From Methanotrichaceae archaeon (GTDB lineage: Archaea > Halobacteriota > Methanosarcinia > Methanotrichales > Methanotrichaceae), in the NCBI GenBank assembly GCA_963748825.1, contig CAVVKN010000010.1, positions 32,001 to 96,000 on the forward strand: a stretch of 64,000 bases of DNA. Direction: 5' to 3'. The notes beneath the pieces were generated by a model. That model was given only the letters and a program-made list of their open reading frames with translations, was not told where the DNA came from and made no database searches. A program made the translations under genes and the position numbers. Of this stretch, positions 11,036 to 20,843 are shown in pieces. Position 1 is the first letter of the stretch; each line of letters opens with the position of its first letter.

Positions 11036-11400
11036 GGAGATTTTATTGCTGCTTAAAGTGCCTTTTGCATATTGAAGAGGTGAGCGACACGGAGCTAATT
11101 GATGAGATGAAAGTCCATTTGCCAATTCCCGCTTATGCAAGCCGGGATTTGAGCATACTTTTCATCAAGAATAGTTTGGACATCACACAGGAAAAGGAAT
11201 TGAAGATCATCGAGGTAGCGCAATCCGGAGAGGAGGGAGGCATAGCCTGTTTCCTGGATATTCCTGAGCACTTTATCGTCTCATTAACGCTGCTCAGGAT
11301 AAAGCCGGATCACCCTCTGTACGACAAGATCTCTGCCTATCAAAAGAAAAGGATTAGAAGCATCTTCAGGGCGAAAGGTCTGAGCCCGAGAAGACTATAG
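11032..11400 (+). CDS. Hypothetical protein (start uncertain, possibly GTG 11080)
   Basis: Plausible globular sequence SGEEGGIAC...HPLYDKISAYQKKR; follows the upstream ORF. Confidence 0.55.
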   Translation: MRRFYCCLKCLLHIEEVSDTELIDEMKVHLPIPAYASRDLSILFIKNSLDITQEKELKIIEVAQSGEEGGIACFLDIPEHFIVSLTLLRIKPDHPLYDKISAYQKKRIRSIFRAKGLSPRRL

Positions 11401-11494
11401 GAGGCAGGGCGCACGCACTGGGGCTTGCCCCGGCATGCTTGATGATGCACATTATCAGATCTGGCCAAGAGGTACATTATTGGAGAAATAAAAT

Positions 11495-12709
11495 CTACCT
11501 CAGATTTAACCTGTATCCAGCGCGCTTCATCGCCTCCTCGATCTCTTTGATGTGCCCAAATCCTTTCGTCTCCAGCTCCAGGTCCACTTGGGTGAAGTTG
11601 ATGGGCAGCCCCCACTGATTGCGAGCGTGATGGATATGAACCACATTGGCCTGGAGACTCGCTATCAGGCCGAGTAGCCTGGCCAGGGATCCAGGCACAT
11701 CCGCCAGGCAGACGGAAAAGCGCATCATCCTGCCCTCCTGGAGAAGCCCTTTGGCGATAATTCTGTCCAAAATCAAGCTATCCACGTTGCCGCCGCTGAT
11801 GACCAGCACAACCCGGCTCCCTTTTGCAATTTCAAGCGCCCCGCCAAGAAGAGCGGCAAGTGGCACAGCGCCTGCTCCTTCCGCAAGGATTCGCTTTCGT
11901 TCCAGAAGCATCAGGACTGCAGACGCGATCTGGTCCTCGTTTACCATCACTATCTCGTCCACCAACCTTTGAATGATGGAAAAAGCAGCATCTCCCACCC
12001 GGGTAACCATGATGGCATCGGCGAGAGAGCCCCTCTCCTCCGCTTTCAGCTCCACCGGCCTTCCAGCCTTAACAGCCTCAATAGCAGAAGAGCAGGCAGA
12101 GGACTGAACCCCAACCACGCAGATAGCAGGACGAATGGTTTTAGCTGCCGTGGCTATGCCGGCAATCAGTCCGCCGCCACCCACGGGAACGAGGATGTAG
12201 TCCGCATCGGGCAGATCCTCCAGGATCTCCAGGCCGATGGTCCCCTGGCCGGTGATTACCTCTTCATCATCATAGGGATGTACGAAGGTCCTTCCCGTCT
12301 CGGTGGCCATTCGCTGCCCCACACTTATGCTCTCCACCAGGCTTTGCCCTTCCAAAATCAGCTCTGCACCGTAACCTCTGGTTGCCAGCTGCTTGGTTAA
12401 TGTGGCCCAGACAGGCATGATAATAGTAGCAGGCACGGAGACGGCGCGTGCGGCCAGGGCCACACCCTGGGCATGATTGCCCACAGACGCTGCTATCACA
12501 CCGTTGTCTTTTATCTCATCAAGATGGGAAAGGATCTTGAAAGTCGCTCCGCGAATCTTGAACGATCCGCCCTTTTGCAGGTTTTCGAGCTTGAGATACA
12601 CCTGCGCCCCAGTCATTTCGCTGAATGTTGGCGAATAGACAAGAGGAGTGCGCAGGACTCTGCCATGAAGAAGCTTTCCTGCACTTTGAATATCGGCCAG
12701 GGAGATCAT
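11495..12709 (-). CDS. ilvA: Threonine ammonia-lyase with C-terminal ACT domain
   Basis: PLP lysine motif KLENLQKGGSFKIRGA, GNHAQG, VPVGGGGLI, ISGGNVD and ACT motif LADVPGSL. Confidence 0.92.
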   Translation of the reverse strand: MISLADIQSAGKLLHGRVLRTPLVYSPTFSEMTGAQVYLKLENLQKGGSFKIRGATFKILSHLDEIKDNGVIAASVGNHAQGVALAARAVSVPATIIMPVWATLTKQLATRGYGAELILEGQSLVESISVGQRMATETGRTFVHPYDDEEVITGQGTIGLEILEDLPDADYILVPVGGGGLIAGIATAAKTIRPAICVVGVQSSACSSAIEAVKAGRPVELKAEERGSLADAIMVTRVGDAAFSIIQRLVDEIVMVNEDQIASAVLMLLERKRILAEGAGAVPLAALLGGALEIAKGSRVVLVISGGNVDSLILDRIIAKGLLQEGRMMRFSVCLADVPGSLARLLGLIASLQANVVHIHHARNQWGLPINFTQVDLELETKGFGHIKEIEEAMKRAGYRLNLR

Positions 12710-12802
12710 GGTATCATATCCATGGGCAAGAACTTAACCATTTTGTAGATGTTATGGATGGTAGGAATTGGTTTATTTTCATGGAGATGAAATAGCATAC
12801 TG

Positions 12803-13675
12803 ATGAATGGCCTACAAAGCCCAGCCTGGCAGGCTAAAGATCCGGCTCGATCCCGGACCGTTCGAGAGGTTGTCGAGTTCTACATGATCGATTTTAAAAC
12901 ATCCCTGGGAAGAGCGATAGATATCACCATCATCTTTCTCAACCTCTTGCTTGTGGCCATCTTTGTAATCGATACATATAGAATTTCCGACAGCCTGAGG
13001 GACCTGCTCTGGAAGCTTGAGATACTTATCGTCGGCATCTTCATTTTTGAATATTTACTCAGGCTTTACGGCGCGCCCAACAGATTGTCTTATGTCAAGG
13101 ACATTTACAGCATCATCGACCTATTGGCAATAATGCCCACCCTCATACTGCTGGCTCTTCCCCCATCCTACTTCATTTATGATATCAGAGTCATCCAGAC
13201 TATTCGAGTCCTAGCCGTCCTCCGTATCTTCAGGTTCCTCAGGTTCATCGCCCAAAACCATCTTTTCTTCGGATTCATTAGCCGTGGGATGGTGAATGTC
13301 GCCCGGCTCGTGGTGAGCATAATCATAATTTTCTTTGTATACTCAGGACTGTTCTATTTTGTAGAAAGCCCAGTGAACCCAGGTGTTCAGAATTTTGGAG
13401 ATGCGTTCTACTTCACAGTAGTCGCCATATCCACCGTAGGTTTCGGAGATATTGTACCTGTATCTGGGGCAGGCAGGTTTGTTACCGTGGCTATGATAAT
13501 CTCTGGCATCATCCTCATTCCCTTTCAGGCAGCCAGGATCTTTCGGGCCTGGCTTATGACTGGGCGCGAAAAAAAGGTGCTGATCTGCCCCAGTTGCGGG
13601 CTGGATAGGCATGATGAAGATGCAAAATACTGCAAAAATTGTGGTGAGATTCTTCCTGGCGGCACCGACGGCTAA
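12803..13675 (+). CDS. Voltage-gated potassium channel-like ion transporter with C-terminal zinc ribbon
   Basis: Six TM segments, S4-like IRVLAVLRIFRFLRF, filter STVGFGD, CPSCG...CKNCG. Confidence 0.88.
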   Translation: MNGLQSPAWQAKDPARSRTVREVVEFYMIDFKTSLGRAIDITIIFLNLLLVAIFVIDTYRISDSLRDLLWKLEILIVGIFIFEYLLRLYGAPNRLSYVKDIYSIIDLLAIMPTLILLALPPSYFIYDIRVIQTIRVLAVLRIFRFLRFIAQNHLFFGFISRGMVNVARLVVSIIIIFFVYSGLFYFVESPVNPGVQNFGDAFYFTVVAISTVGFGDIVPVSGAGRFVTVAMIISGIILIPFQAARIFRAWLMTGREKKVLICPSCGLDRHDEDAKYCKNCGEILPGGTDG

Positions 13676-13699
13676 TGCAATTTTTCCATTTGCTTAGCT

Positions 13700-15664
13700 T
13701 CAGGAGGAATTCGCGGAATTCTCCTTTATCCTCGATCCGCCCGGGGGCAGGAACTGCACCAACTGATCTACAGAGGCGACAGACTTCAGGAATGCTCTGT
13801 CATCCACCTTATCAGAAAACTGTCGGTAAATCTTCTTAGCCAAATCATCGGCATTCAGCTCGCCCGGCTCGATCTCCACCACGGGATCGGCTTTGGGCTT
13901 TACTGCCGAGACCGGCCCACCTACGAGTATGCCTTCTGATATGCCCAGGGCCAGGCCCAGAGGCGTATCTTTAAAGTAAGTACGCTCCCCACGAATGACA
14001 AAAGCGCCCTTCTTCAAAAATTCACCCGATTCAGGAGTCTTGCTGACCTGATCACCCGTGATCATGTAGCAATCGGCAGCCACAAGTCCACCTTTCCAGA
14101 CAGAGGAGTAGCTCACAGCAAACTGGGCCGCCTCCAGAAGAGTGCTCTCGGGGACAGGCTCGCCCTCCGTCTTGATCACGGTGAGGGGCGCTCCGGGAGC
14201 GTCCGTATGAAGAACGAGGTCGCGCCGTTCCATATATTTGGTGTAGATCTCCTCATTAGTATCCGAATCCCTTCCCCCCAGCACCATGAATCCATCGGAG
14301 GAGAAAAACCAGCGGAACCTCTCATACCACTTGGGCTTCCTCCTCCGGTAAAAGGAAACCGGGCGAGGCTTCTTTAGCGCGACCTTCCCCGCCCGAAGCA
14401 GCTTCGTGATGGCCAGGGCTTCTTTTGCGCCGCTCGCTTTTCTGGCCATCTCCTTGGCCTTCTCGTAGTACCTTTGCGCATTCTGGGGAACAGTCAGGCC
14501 GGCATGTAGCTCCAGCTCCACTCCTTCCAGGAGGACACGCATCTCGCCCTGCCCATCCAGGTAGAGGATGGTCCTGGCCTGAGAAAGGCCAGAGCCGCTG
14601 ATCTTCTCCCAGATCTGATTGTAGGAAAACCCCTTGGCTTTGGCATCGGCCACCACCCGAAGAATCTGCTCCACGCTGCCGTAAATCTGGTAGACCAGCT
14701 CCCCCTTGCAAACGAATGCCTTCTCCTGGGACTCGAACTCCTCAATCGCTTTTTGCTGCACATCGATCCTGCGATCCAGAGGGTTTTTCTTCTCCGATTC
14801 ATCCCCCTCTTTTTCTACGAAGAATGCATCAAGAGCTTCGCTGAAAGTGGCAAAGCGCTTTTTCTCCAGGCCCTCGTAGATCTTAAGAGGCCGGGAGAGA
14901 ACATCCACCGGCTCGCCCGTATCGAGAACTATGTGCGGGTCCAGGGTTTCATCAAGAAAGACTTCTCGCAGGGCCTGAAGGACCCGCTCAATCTCGCCGG
15001 GGTCCAGATCGGCGGCAGGCTTATTCTTATCCACTCCAGCAACCAGGCAGACCTCTTCGCCGTAGGTTCCGCCCATGTTCAGTCCCCGCACGATAGATCG
15101 GACCAGGTCCTGGCCGGCTGTAGCCAGCCAGGCAGAGAGATCCTCCAGAGAAATGGTTCTGGGGTCGAGCTGGCCGGGATGGTAGAGGTATTTCTCGCCG
15201 GCGGCCATTTTGCTGCCCCGGTAGACCATCTTTTTGAGCATGGAGAGAATCTGCCTGTTCTCATCGAGCAGAATCATGCTGCCTTTGGGAAACAGCTCGA
15301 TAACGAGATAATGGCGAGCGCCGCTGCGCTCCACTGCGATCTCCAGGACCCGGTCCAGGTCGTGCTGCAGGACTTCGACAATCCTGCCCCCGGAAATACG
15401 GTTCCGAAGCATGGTGGGAAATTGGGGAGGCGTTTTGGAGGCGGGACGCTCGGCTTTGGTGATATTGACCCTCTTGCCAGCCACAAGGAGCAGATCCAGC
15501 CGTCCTTCCGCCGGAGTCTGAACCGACAGCCAGATCTTGTCCGAGGACTGCTGGTAGGCCTTGCCCATAAAGCCGCCCAGGATCCTGTCGGATAGCTCCG
15601 CAGCCATGGCGGCGACGTCCACATTGCTCATCGCCTTCTTCATGAGAGAAGTGTCCGAGATCAA
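13700..15664 (-). CDS. rqcH: Ribosome quality control protein RqcH/Rqc2 (NEMF/FbpA family)
   Basis: MSNVDVAA, DRVLEI, IELF, QNAQRYYEKAK, WYERFRWF, GGRD, VSKTPESGEFLKKGAFVIRG. Confidence 0.9.
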   Translation of the reverse strand: MISDTSLMKKAMSNVDVAAMAAELSDRILGGFMGKAYQQSSDKIWLSVQTPAEGRLDLLLVAGKRVNITKAERPASKTPPQFPTMLRNRISGGRIVEVLQHDLDRVLEIAVERSGARHYLVIELFPKGSMILLDENRQILSMLKKMVYRGSKMAAGEKYLYHPGQLDPRTISLEDLSAWLATAGQDLVRSIVRGLNMGGTYGEEVCLVAGVDKNKPAADLDPGEIERVLQALREVFLDETLDPHIVLDTGEPVDVLSRPLKIYEGLEKKRFATFSEALDAFFVEKEGDESEKKNPLDRRIDVQQKAIEEFESQEKAFVCKGELVYQIYGSVEQILRVVADAKAKGFSYNQIWEKISGSGLSQARTILYLDGQGEMRVLLEGVELELHAGLTVPQNAQRYYEKAKEMARKASGAKEALAITKLLRAGKVALKKPRPVSFYRRRKPKWYERFRWFFSSDGFMVLGGRDSDTNEEIYTKYMERRDLVLHTDAPGAPLTVIKTEGEPVPESTLLEAAQFAVSYSSVWKGGLVAADCYMITGDQVSKTPESGEFLKKGAFVIRGERTYFKDTPLGLALGISEGILVGGPVSAVKPKADPVVEIEPGELNADDLAKKIYRQFSDKVDDRAFLKSVASVDQLVQFLPPGGSRIKENSANSS

Positions 15665-15697
15665 TCGATAAATAGTTGCGGATGCCTATGGAGATAG

Positions 15698-16174
15698 GTG
15701 CAGCGCTTTTTGGTGGATCTGATGCTAATGCGCCTGGGAAGGTGGCTTCGGCTCCTGGGGCAGGATGTGGCCCGCCCGGAAGGTGAGAGCGATGCCGAGT
15801 TGCTGCACCAGGCAAAAAAAGAGAGCAGGACTATTATTACCAGGGACAAAAGGCTCTCCCAGGCCTGCTTGAGCGCAGGCGCGTCGTGCCTGCTCATCCG
15901 GTCCTCGAAAATTTCCGATCAGCTACTGGAGATGGCCGATGCGGGGGTGCCCCTGCGGCTTGATCCACAGAGATGCACGCTGTGCAACGGCCTTCTAGAG
16001 GAGAAGGAAATGCGTGGGATGAAGAGGTGGCAGTGCCGGGCTTGCAAGAAGCTCTATTGGGAAGGCGGCCACTGGCAGAAGATGGAAAAGATACTGCAAG
16101 CTATTCGTTCTCGAAGAGAGGGAAATGCCGAGCTGACTGTTGGCGCAAAGGCAAATGAGGACCATTCCAAATGA
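15698..16174 (+). CDS. Mut7-C RNase domain protein (PIN-like with zinc ribbon)
   Basis: FLVDLMLMRLGRWLRLLGQD, IITRD, RCTLCNG, CRACKKLYWEGGH. Confidence 0.85.
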   Translation: MQRFLVDLMLMRLGRWLRLLGQDVARPEGESDAELLHQAKKESRTIITRDKRLSQACLSAGASCLLIRSSKISDQLLEMADAGVPLRLDPQRCTLCNGLLEEKEMRGMKRWQCRACKKLYWEGGHWQKMEKILQAIRSRREGNAELTVGAKANEDHSK

Positions 16175-16192
16175 ACGCATGACTGCCAGTGA

Positions 16193-16894
16193 TCAAGCTT
16201 TGAAGACCCTCTTTTTGGATGCCTTCTGCCTTACCTGGGTTCTACCCCTCGTTTTCAAATATTCGGCAATCTGCGGATTTGCCGCCCCTATCGACCAGAG
16301 GTGAGAGCCGTTCAGGCAGAACAGGGGCTGGTATTGATATTCATTTCCCGGCACTATAAACGGATCGGCCGGCGTAAGCTGGGAAGGGATGGCATCCAGG
16401 GTGGACTCCAGGAGGCACCAGTGGCCCAGCTCATTCTGGTAGACCACCCAGGCATGACCGTAGGCTCCATCCGGTGTGGAGACCTGGCCCAAAACCACGC
16501 GCACGCAGTGCTCGGAAATGCCGCTGGCCAAAAGAAGAGTGGCCAGCAGGAAAGAGGAATCCTCGCAGTCGCCCTTGTGCAAGACGAGCGTCTCCTCCGG
16601 AAAGAGCCAGAAGTCCTCCAGGCCAAAGGAATTTTTGTCTGTGACATATTGCACGGATCTTGCAGCATAATCCCAGATCTTCCAGGCCCGCAGGTCAAAG
16701 GTGCCCTGCTCGCGAACAGAGGGTAGATCGATATCCTGCAAAGCCCTCTGGATAACCTCGCTATTCGTGGAGGTGAGCCAGGCCCGAATGTCGGTGGGAA
16801 TGTAGATGCCCAAGTTGCCGATGACCGCTCTTTTGTCCCACATAATCGTATCTCTGACAATTGCATCCCCTGCCCAGTTGAAGCCTGTAGCCAT
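16193..16894 (-). CDS. Transglutaminase-like cysteine peptidase
   Basis: WLFPEETL..KGDCEDSSFLL, GHAWV, LLEST: Cys-His-acid triad pattern. Confidence 0.8.
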   Translation of the reverse strand: MATGFNWAGDAIVRDTIMWDKRAVIGNLGIYIPTDIRAWLTSTNSEVIQRALQDIDLPSVREQGTFDLRAWKIWDYAARSVQYVTDKNSFGLEDFWLFPEETLVLHKGDCEDSSFLLATLLLASGISEHCVRVVLGQVSTPDGAYGHAWVVYQNELGHWCLLESTLDAIPSQLTPADPFIVPGNEYQYQPLFCLNGSHLWSIGAANPQIAEYLKTRGRTQVRQKASKKRVFKA

Positions 16895-17190
16895 CTAGAA
16901 CCACTCCAAATCTAGTATAATAATTTTAGCTAGTTATATTTAAGATTTTTGATCAAGAGATTGCAGAGAATGCAGTTGAAAGTGACTTGAAAAATTTTTA
17001 CCTTAAAATATTTTGTTAAAATTAAGACAGAAATTGCTCGGGTCCAATCAGGAGAGCAGCTCAGTCGGCTGATCAATGAATCTACTTTGTATTCCGGCTC
17101 TTCACTATTTCCATTAACCATCCAAAGCTGCAAGGAATCTGTAATTGCCATGTGGTTAACGCTATATTATTGCAGAGCACTATTGCCTGC

Positions 17191-17538
17191 ATGGCCAGAG
17201 ATCTGAATGAGAGGGACCTGCAGATTTTAATAAAGCTGGTTCCGGAGCTGGAAGCGCTGCAGAAGAAGGGAATTGAGATTGAGTACCTGAATATTCTGCC
17301 TCCTGTGGCCAATCACCACTCCCGGAGCGTGCAGGAGTTCGAGCAGCGCTTGAAAAAGCTCTCTGTCGAGGATATGCGCTATCTGGCCGACCTGGTTTTG
17401 GAGGGGACGGAGAGTACCGGCTGCCTTTATCCCGATTTTGCCGAGGTCTTCTTCACTGTGGCCGGGCAGATGCTTTCAGAGAGCGTGGCCGATCAGCTCC
17501 GGGAGGCATACGAGTCGGGTGAGGGATGCGGAGGATAA
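17191..17538 (+). CDS. Conserved hypothetical protein
   Basis: ORF with host-like GC content; ILPPVANHHS and ESTGCL segments; its 3' end is duplicated at 18461-18544. Confidence 0.7.
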   Translation: MARDLNERDLQILIKLVPELEALQKKGIEIEYLNILPPVANHHSRSVQEFEQRLKKLSVEDMRYLADLVLEGTESTGCLYPDFAEVFFTVAGQMLSESVADQLREAYESGEGCGG

Positions 17539-17540
17539 AA
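17455..17540 (+). repeat. Degenerate direct repeat, copy 1 (3' end of the 17191-17538 gene)
   Basis: ACTGTGGCCGGGCAGATGCTTTCAGAGAGCGTGGCCGATCAGCTCCGGGAGGCATACGAGTC... aligns with 18461-18544. Confidence 0.85.
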
Positions 17541-17785
17541 ACATCTGGCTAAAAATGCAATTGGAGCGCCCGGCCAGCTCTCGGGCGGGCCCGCTTGCAT
17601 GCGCACGCGTGGGGACGGCAGCCGGCCTTGGGCAGCTTCTCGACATGTTGCCCCATGCATGCGGGTGGAGCGGTGGCGAAGAAGGCTGGGCTCGTCGGGG
17701 TCAGATGAGTGCTAGCAAGAACGTAAGACTCTAGAAGGCCGATATCTTCGCAATGCTTATAGCCTCGCAGGAAGGAGTAAACATC

Positions 17786-17941
17786 ATGGCAGGAGCTGAA
17801 AGCAAGAAGCTATCACTTACCGTCGAGGATGATCTCAAGATCGTGGCGGGATCCCTTGAAGGCCTGGCAGAACATCGGGCTGGCAAAGGGAAAAGCTTTG
17901 ATAGCGTTGATGATCTTAAAGCCTATCTGGAGAAGCTCTGA
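17786..17941 (+). CDS. Antitoxin of a RelE-type toxin-antitoxin pair
   Basis: 51-aa ORF with AAGGAG RBS, 5 nt upstream of the toxin; C-terminus GKGKSFDSVDDLKAYLEKL resembles the antitoxin at 63693-63887. Confidence 0.75.
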   Translation: MAGAESKKLSLTVEDDLKIVAGSLEGLAEHRAGKGKSFDSVDDLKAYLEKL

Positions 17942-17946
17942 GGGGC

Positions 17947-18213
17947 ATGGCGTACATCTTACGCCTCACTCCCAGATTTGAGAAGAACTTTCAGCGGCTC
18001 ACTAAGAAGGATCATGTTTTGCGGGATCGCGTCTATAACAAGCTCTCCGAGATCCGCGATAACCCATTCATCGGTGAGACGCTTAGTCATAACCTGGCTG
18101 GCATGATGAGCACCCACGTTGGCAATTGGGTGATTATCTACATAGTTGAGGACGAAATGATCGTCCTTCTGAACTTCGATCACCATGACCGTGCCTACTT
18201 CAGGCCGCTCTAG
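17947..18213 (+). CDS. RelE/ParE family toxin
   Basis: 88 aa: YILRLTPRFEKNFQRL, NPFIGETL, HVGNWVIIY, FDHHDRAY. Confidence 0.85.
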   Translation: MAYILRLTPRFEKNFQRLTKKDHVLRDRVYNKLSEIRDNPFIGETLSHNLAGMMSTHVGNWVIIYIVEDEMIVLLNFDHHDRAYFRPL

Positions 18214-18460
18214 ACTTTTGGCTGCGCATGTTGGCAAATAAGCCTTTTTGGCTGCTATCCCAAGCCAGTCATTGATGCCAGGCTGCGGCCCCAGGCCCGC
18301 GAGCGCGGGACGCAGGCGCTTGTGCGTCCCAATGGCCACGATTTGCCTCATGGACACAACTGAGCGCACGAGAATGTGGGGCCTAGGCGAGGAATAGCGG
18401 ACAGTAGCGGCATGAGCCGTCTGGACGGACATCTGCTATTTACAGCAAGCATGGCACGCT

Positions 18461-18544
18461 ACCGTGGCCAGTCAGATTCTTTCGGAAAACGTGTCCGATT
18501 AGCTCCGGGAGGCGTACGAGTCCGGGGGGGTGCGGGGGATGAAA
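18461..18544 (+). repeat. Degenerate direct repeat, copy 2 (gene-end remnant with an internal stop)
   Basis: Translates TVASQILSENVSD*LREAYESG, compared with TVAGQMLSESVADQLREAYESG in copy 1. Confidence 0.85.
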
Positions 18545-19000
18545 GAGCGCCTGTGGTGGTGCTAATATATGCAATTATATATTTTAGTTGCAAGTAAAAA
18601 CCACCAAACGACGACAGATCAATTGGCCTAGACCGCGCTGAATACTATCCTGAGCTACGACGCTGATCGCAGTATTGCTCCAGAGCCTGCTGGACTCTTC
18701 GGCGGTCTCGTTCCTTACGCAAGCGGAGTTGCAGGGCGCGATGCAGGTGTTGGCAGGCCGCCTTTTCATCCCCATCGGGCAACAAACATTCCACCGCAAA
18801 GTGATAATGGTTGAGCGGGTTTGTCTCGTCCAAGCTTAGCGCTTCATTAAAGAATTGCCTGGCTAGGGCGAAATCTTTTCGCCGTGCAAGGAGAACGCCG
18901 AAGGTAGAAAGGATGAGCGCCTGCCCTTGCCGCTTGGATACGCATTTCAAGCCTCGTTCCAGTATCTTCTGGGCTGTGCTATCGTCGCCATGTCTGGCCT

Positions 19001-19790
19001 CCATCAGTGCCCAGACCTGATACACCGAAACGCTTTTCGGATCTGTCTGTGCGGCCTGTTGGAAGAGTTCACGCGCCCGCTCGTAGTTGCCCTGCTCCTT
19101 TTCCATCAGTGCCCAGGCCTTATACGCAAAGGCGTTATTGGGATCGGCTTGTGCCGCCTGCTCGAATAGTATCCGCGCCTGCTCATGGTTACCCTGCTCT
19201 TTTTCCATCAGTGCCCAAGCCCTATATACAGGGGCATGTTTGGGATCGGCTTGTGCTGCTTGCTGGAAGAGTTCACGCGCCCGCTCATAGTTGCCCAGCT
19301 CCTTTTCCATCAATGCCCAAGCATGCAAGGCGTGTGCATGTTTGGGATCGACCAGCAAGGCCTGTTGGAAGAGTTCACGTGCCCGCTCATGGTTACCTTG
19401 TTCCTTTTCCATCAATGCCCAAGCCTGAAAAGTGTGTCCATGTTTGAGATCGACCTGTGCAGCCTGTTGGAAGAGTTCACGCGCCCGCTCATGGTTACCT
19501 TGTTCCTTTTCCATCAATGCCCAGGCCTGAAAAGTAACCGGGTCTTTTGGATTAGCCCATGCCCCCTGTTTGAAGAGTTCACGCGCCTGCTCATAGTTAC
19601 CCTGCTCTTTTTCCATCAGTGCCCAGGCCTGATACACAGGTGCATGTTCGGGATCGGCCTTTGCGGCCTGTTTGAAGAGTTCACGCGCCCGCTCATGGTT
19701 ACCCTGTTCCTTTTCCATCAATGCCCAAGGCTGCAAGGTGCGGGCTTTGTTGGGGGCTACCTCTGCAGCCAGCTTGAAGAGTTGGCGTGA
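19001..19790 (-). repeat. Intragenic tandem array of about 8 x 102-bp units encoding 34-aa HAT/TPR repeats
   Basis: CCATCA(G/A)TGCCCA recurs at 19001, 19103, 19205, 19307, 19409, 19511, 19613 and 19715; consensus xAWALMEKEQGNxERARELFQQAAxADP. Confidence 0.95.
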
Positions 19791-20843
19791 TTGTTCGATT
19801 TGTCCCCGTCGTTTGAATGCCAATGGTAGCTGACTGAGTAGTTTGCGCTCGGGCAAGAGCGGATTGGACTGGAGCAGACTTCCCAGGGCTTGGTACAGAT
19901 CCTGGTAGAGGTAAGTATCTTCTGGCAGATATCTGCCGCAGAGTAATCCCAGGGCGGCCTCAGCTATCCAGGGGTGGCGGGTATTGAGCAGCTGCTCTTC
20001 CTCGGTACTGATTTCGAGCAGTTCGCCCTGCAAGGGATGAAGCAATCGGTGAGTAATCCTGTCCTCCTTCATGCTAACAAACCCTGCAAGCAGTGGGCGT
20101 GTCATTCCGAAGTTGAAACGGTGCACCAAGGCAATACCGGCATAGCTGCGCAACAGGAATTCTGTTGTTTCTTGACCGTGCCTTTTGGAGAGATCTTCGA
20201 AGACGCTTTCCAGAATTTGCCCAAAAGATTGGCCACGCCGCGCCGTCAGTAGGGCGGGAAGAAGTTGTCCGTCAGCCTCCAGGCGGTCCAAAAAGTGACT
20301 TACACGTTGGTCAGGTGAGAGGCTGGCTAGGGCACCCAGAGCATCGGCCTGATCCAGGCACTGCAAGAGATCTTGCACCTCGTCTTTCTGCAGCCGATCC
20401 AGCCGAAATTCTCGCAAGTAGGCCATGCGCTGGAAGGCGCTCCGAAGTTCGCTATTTTCCCAATCGTGCTGCCGGGCGCTTCCCAGCACGATGAAAGGCA
20501 GGCCGCTTTCGGCCAGGTCGGAGATCAGGTTGGGGAGTTTTTCTTCATAGGCAATCTCGTCAAAGCATATAACCAATCGTTGTTCCCCTGTCAGCGGAAG
20601 AAGGTAACTGCTCAGGACATGGCCGTAATGTCGCCATAAAACTGGGTGGCCGGCCTCAGCCAGTTTCCAGGCAGCGCGCATCAAGAGAGTGGTTTTTCCT
20701 TCCCCGGAAAGGCCGGTGATGATGCCTACGCGTTGAGCAGGCAGCTTAGGGTCGGTAACGAATTTAAGCAGATCGTCAAGCATGCGACGAGGGGAGTCGT
20801 GTTGTGCTGCAATATTCGCCCAATTGGGGCGCGTGCCATTGTA

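Noticed and set aside
19001-19790. Regularly spaced repeats considered as a CRISPR array
   Set aside because: The period is exactly 102 bp (34 codons) inside an open frame, the inter-repeat segments are homologous rather than unique spacers, and no cas genes are present
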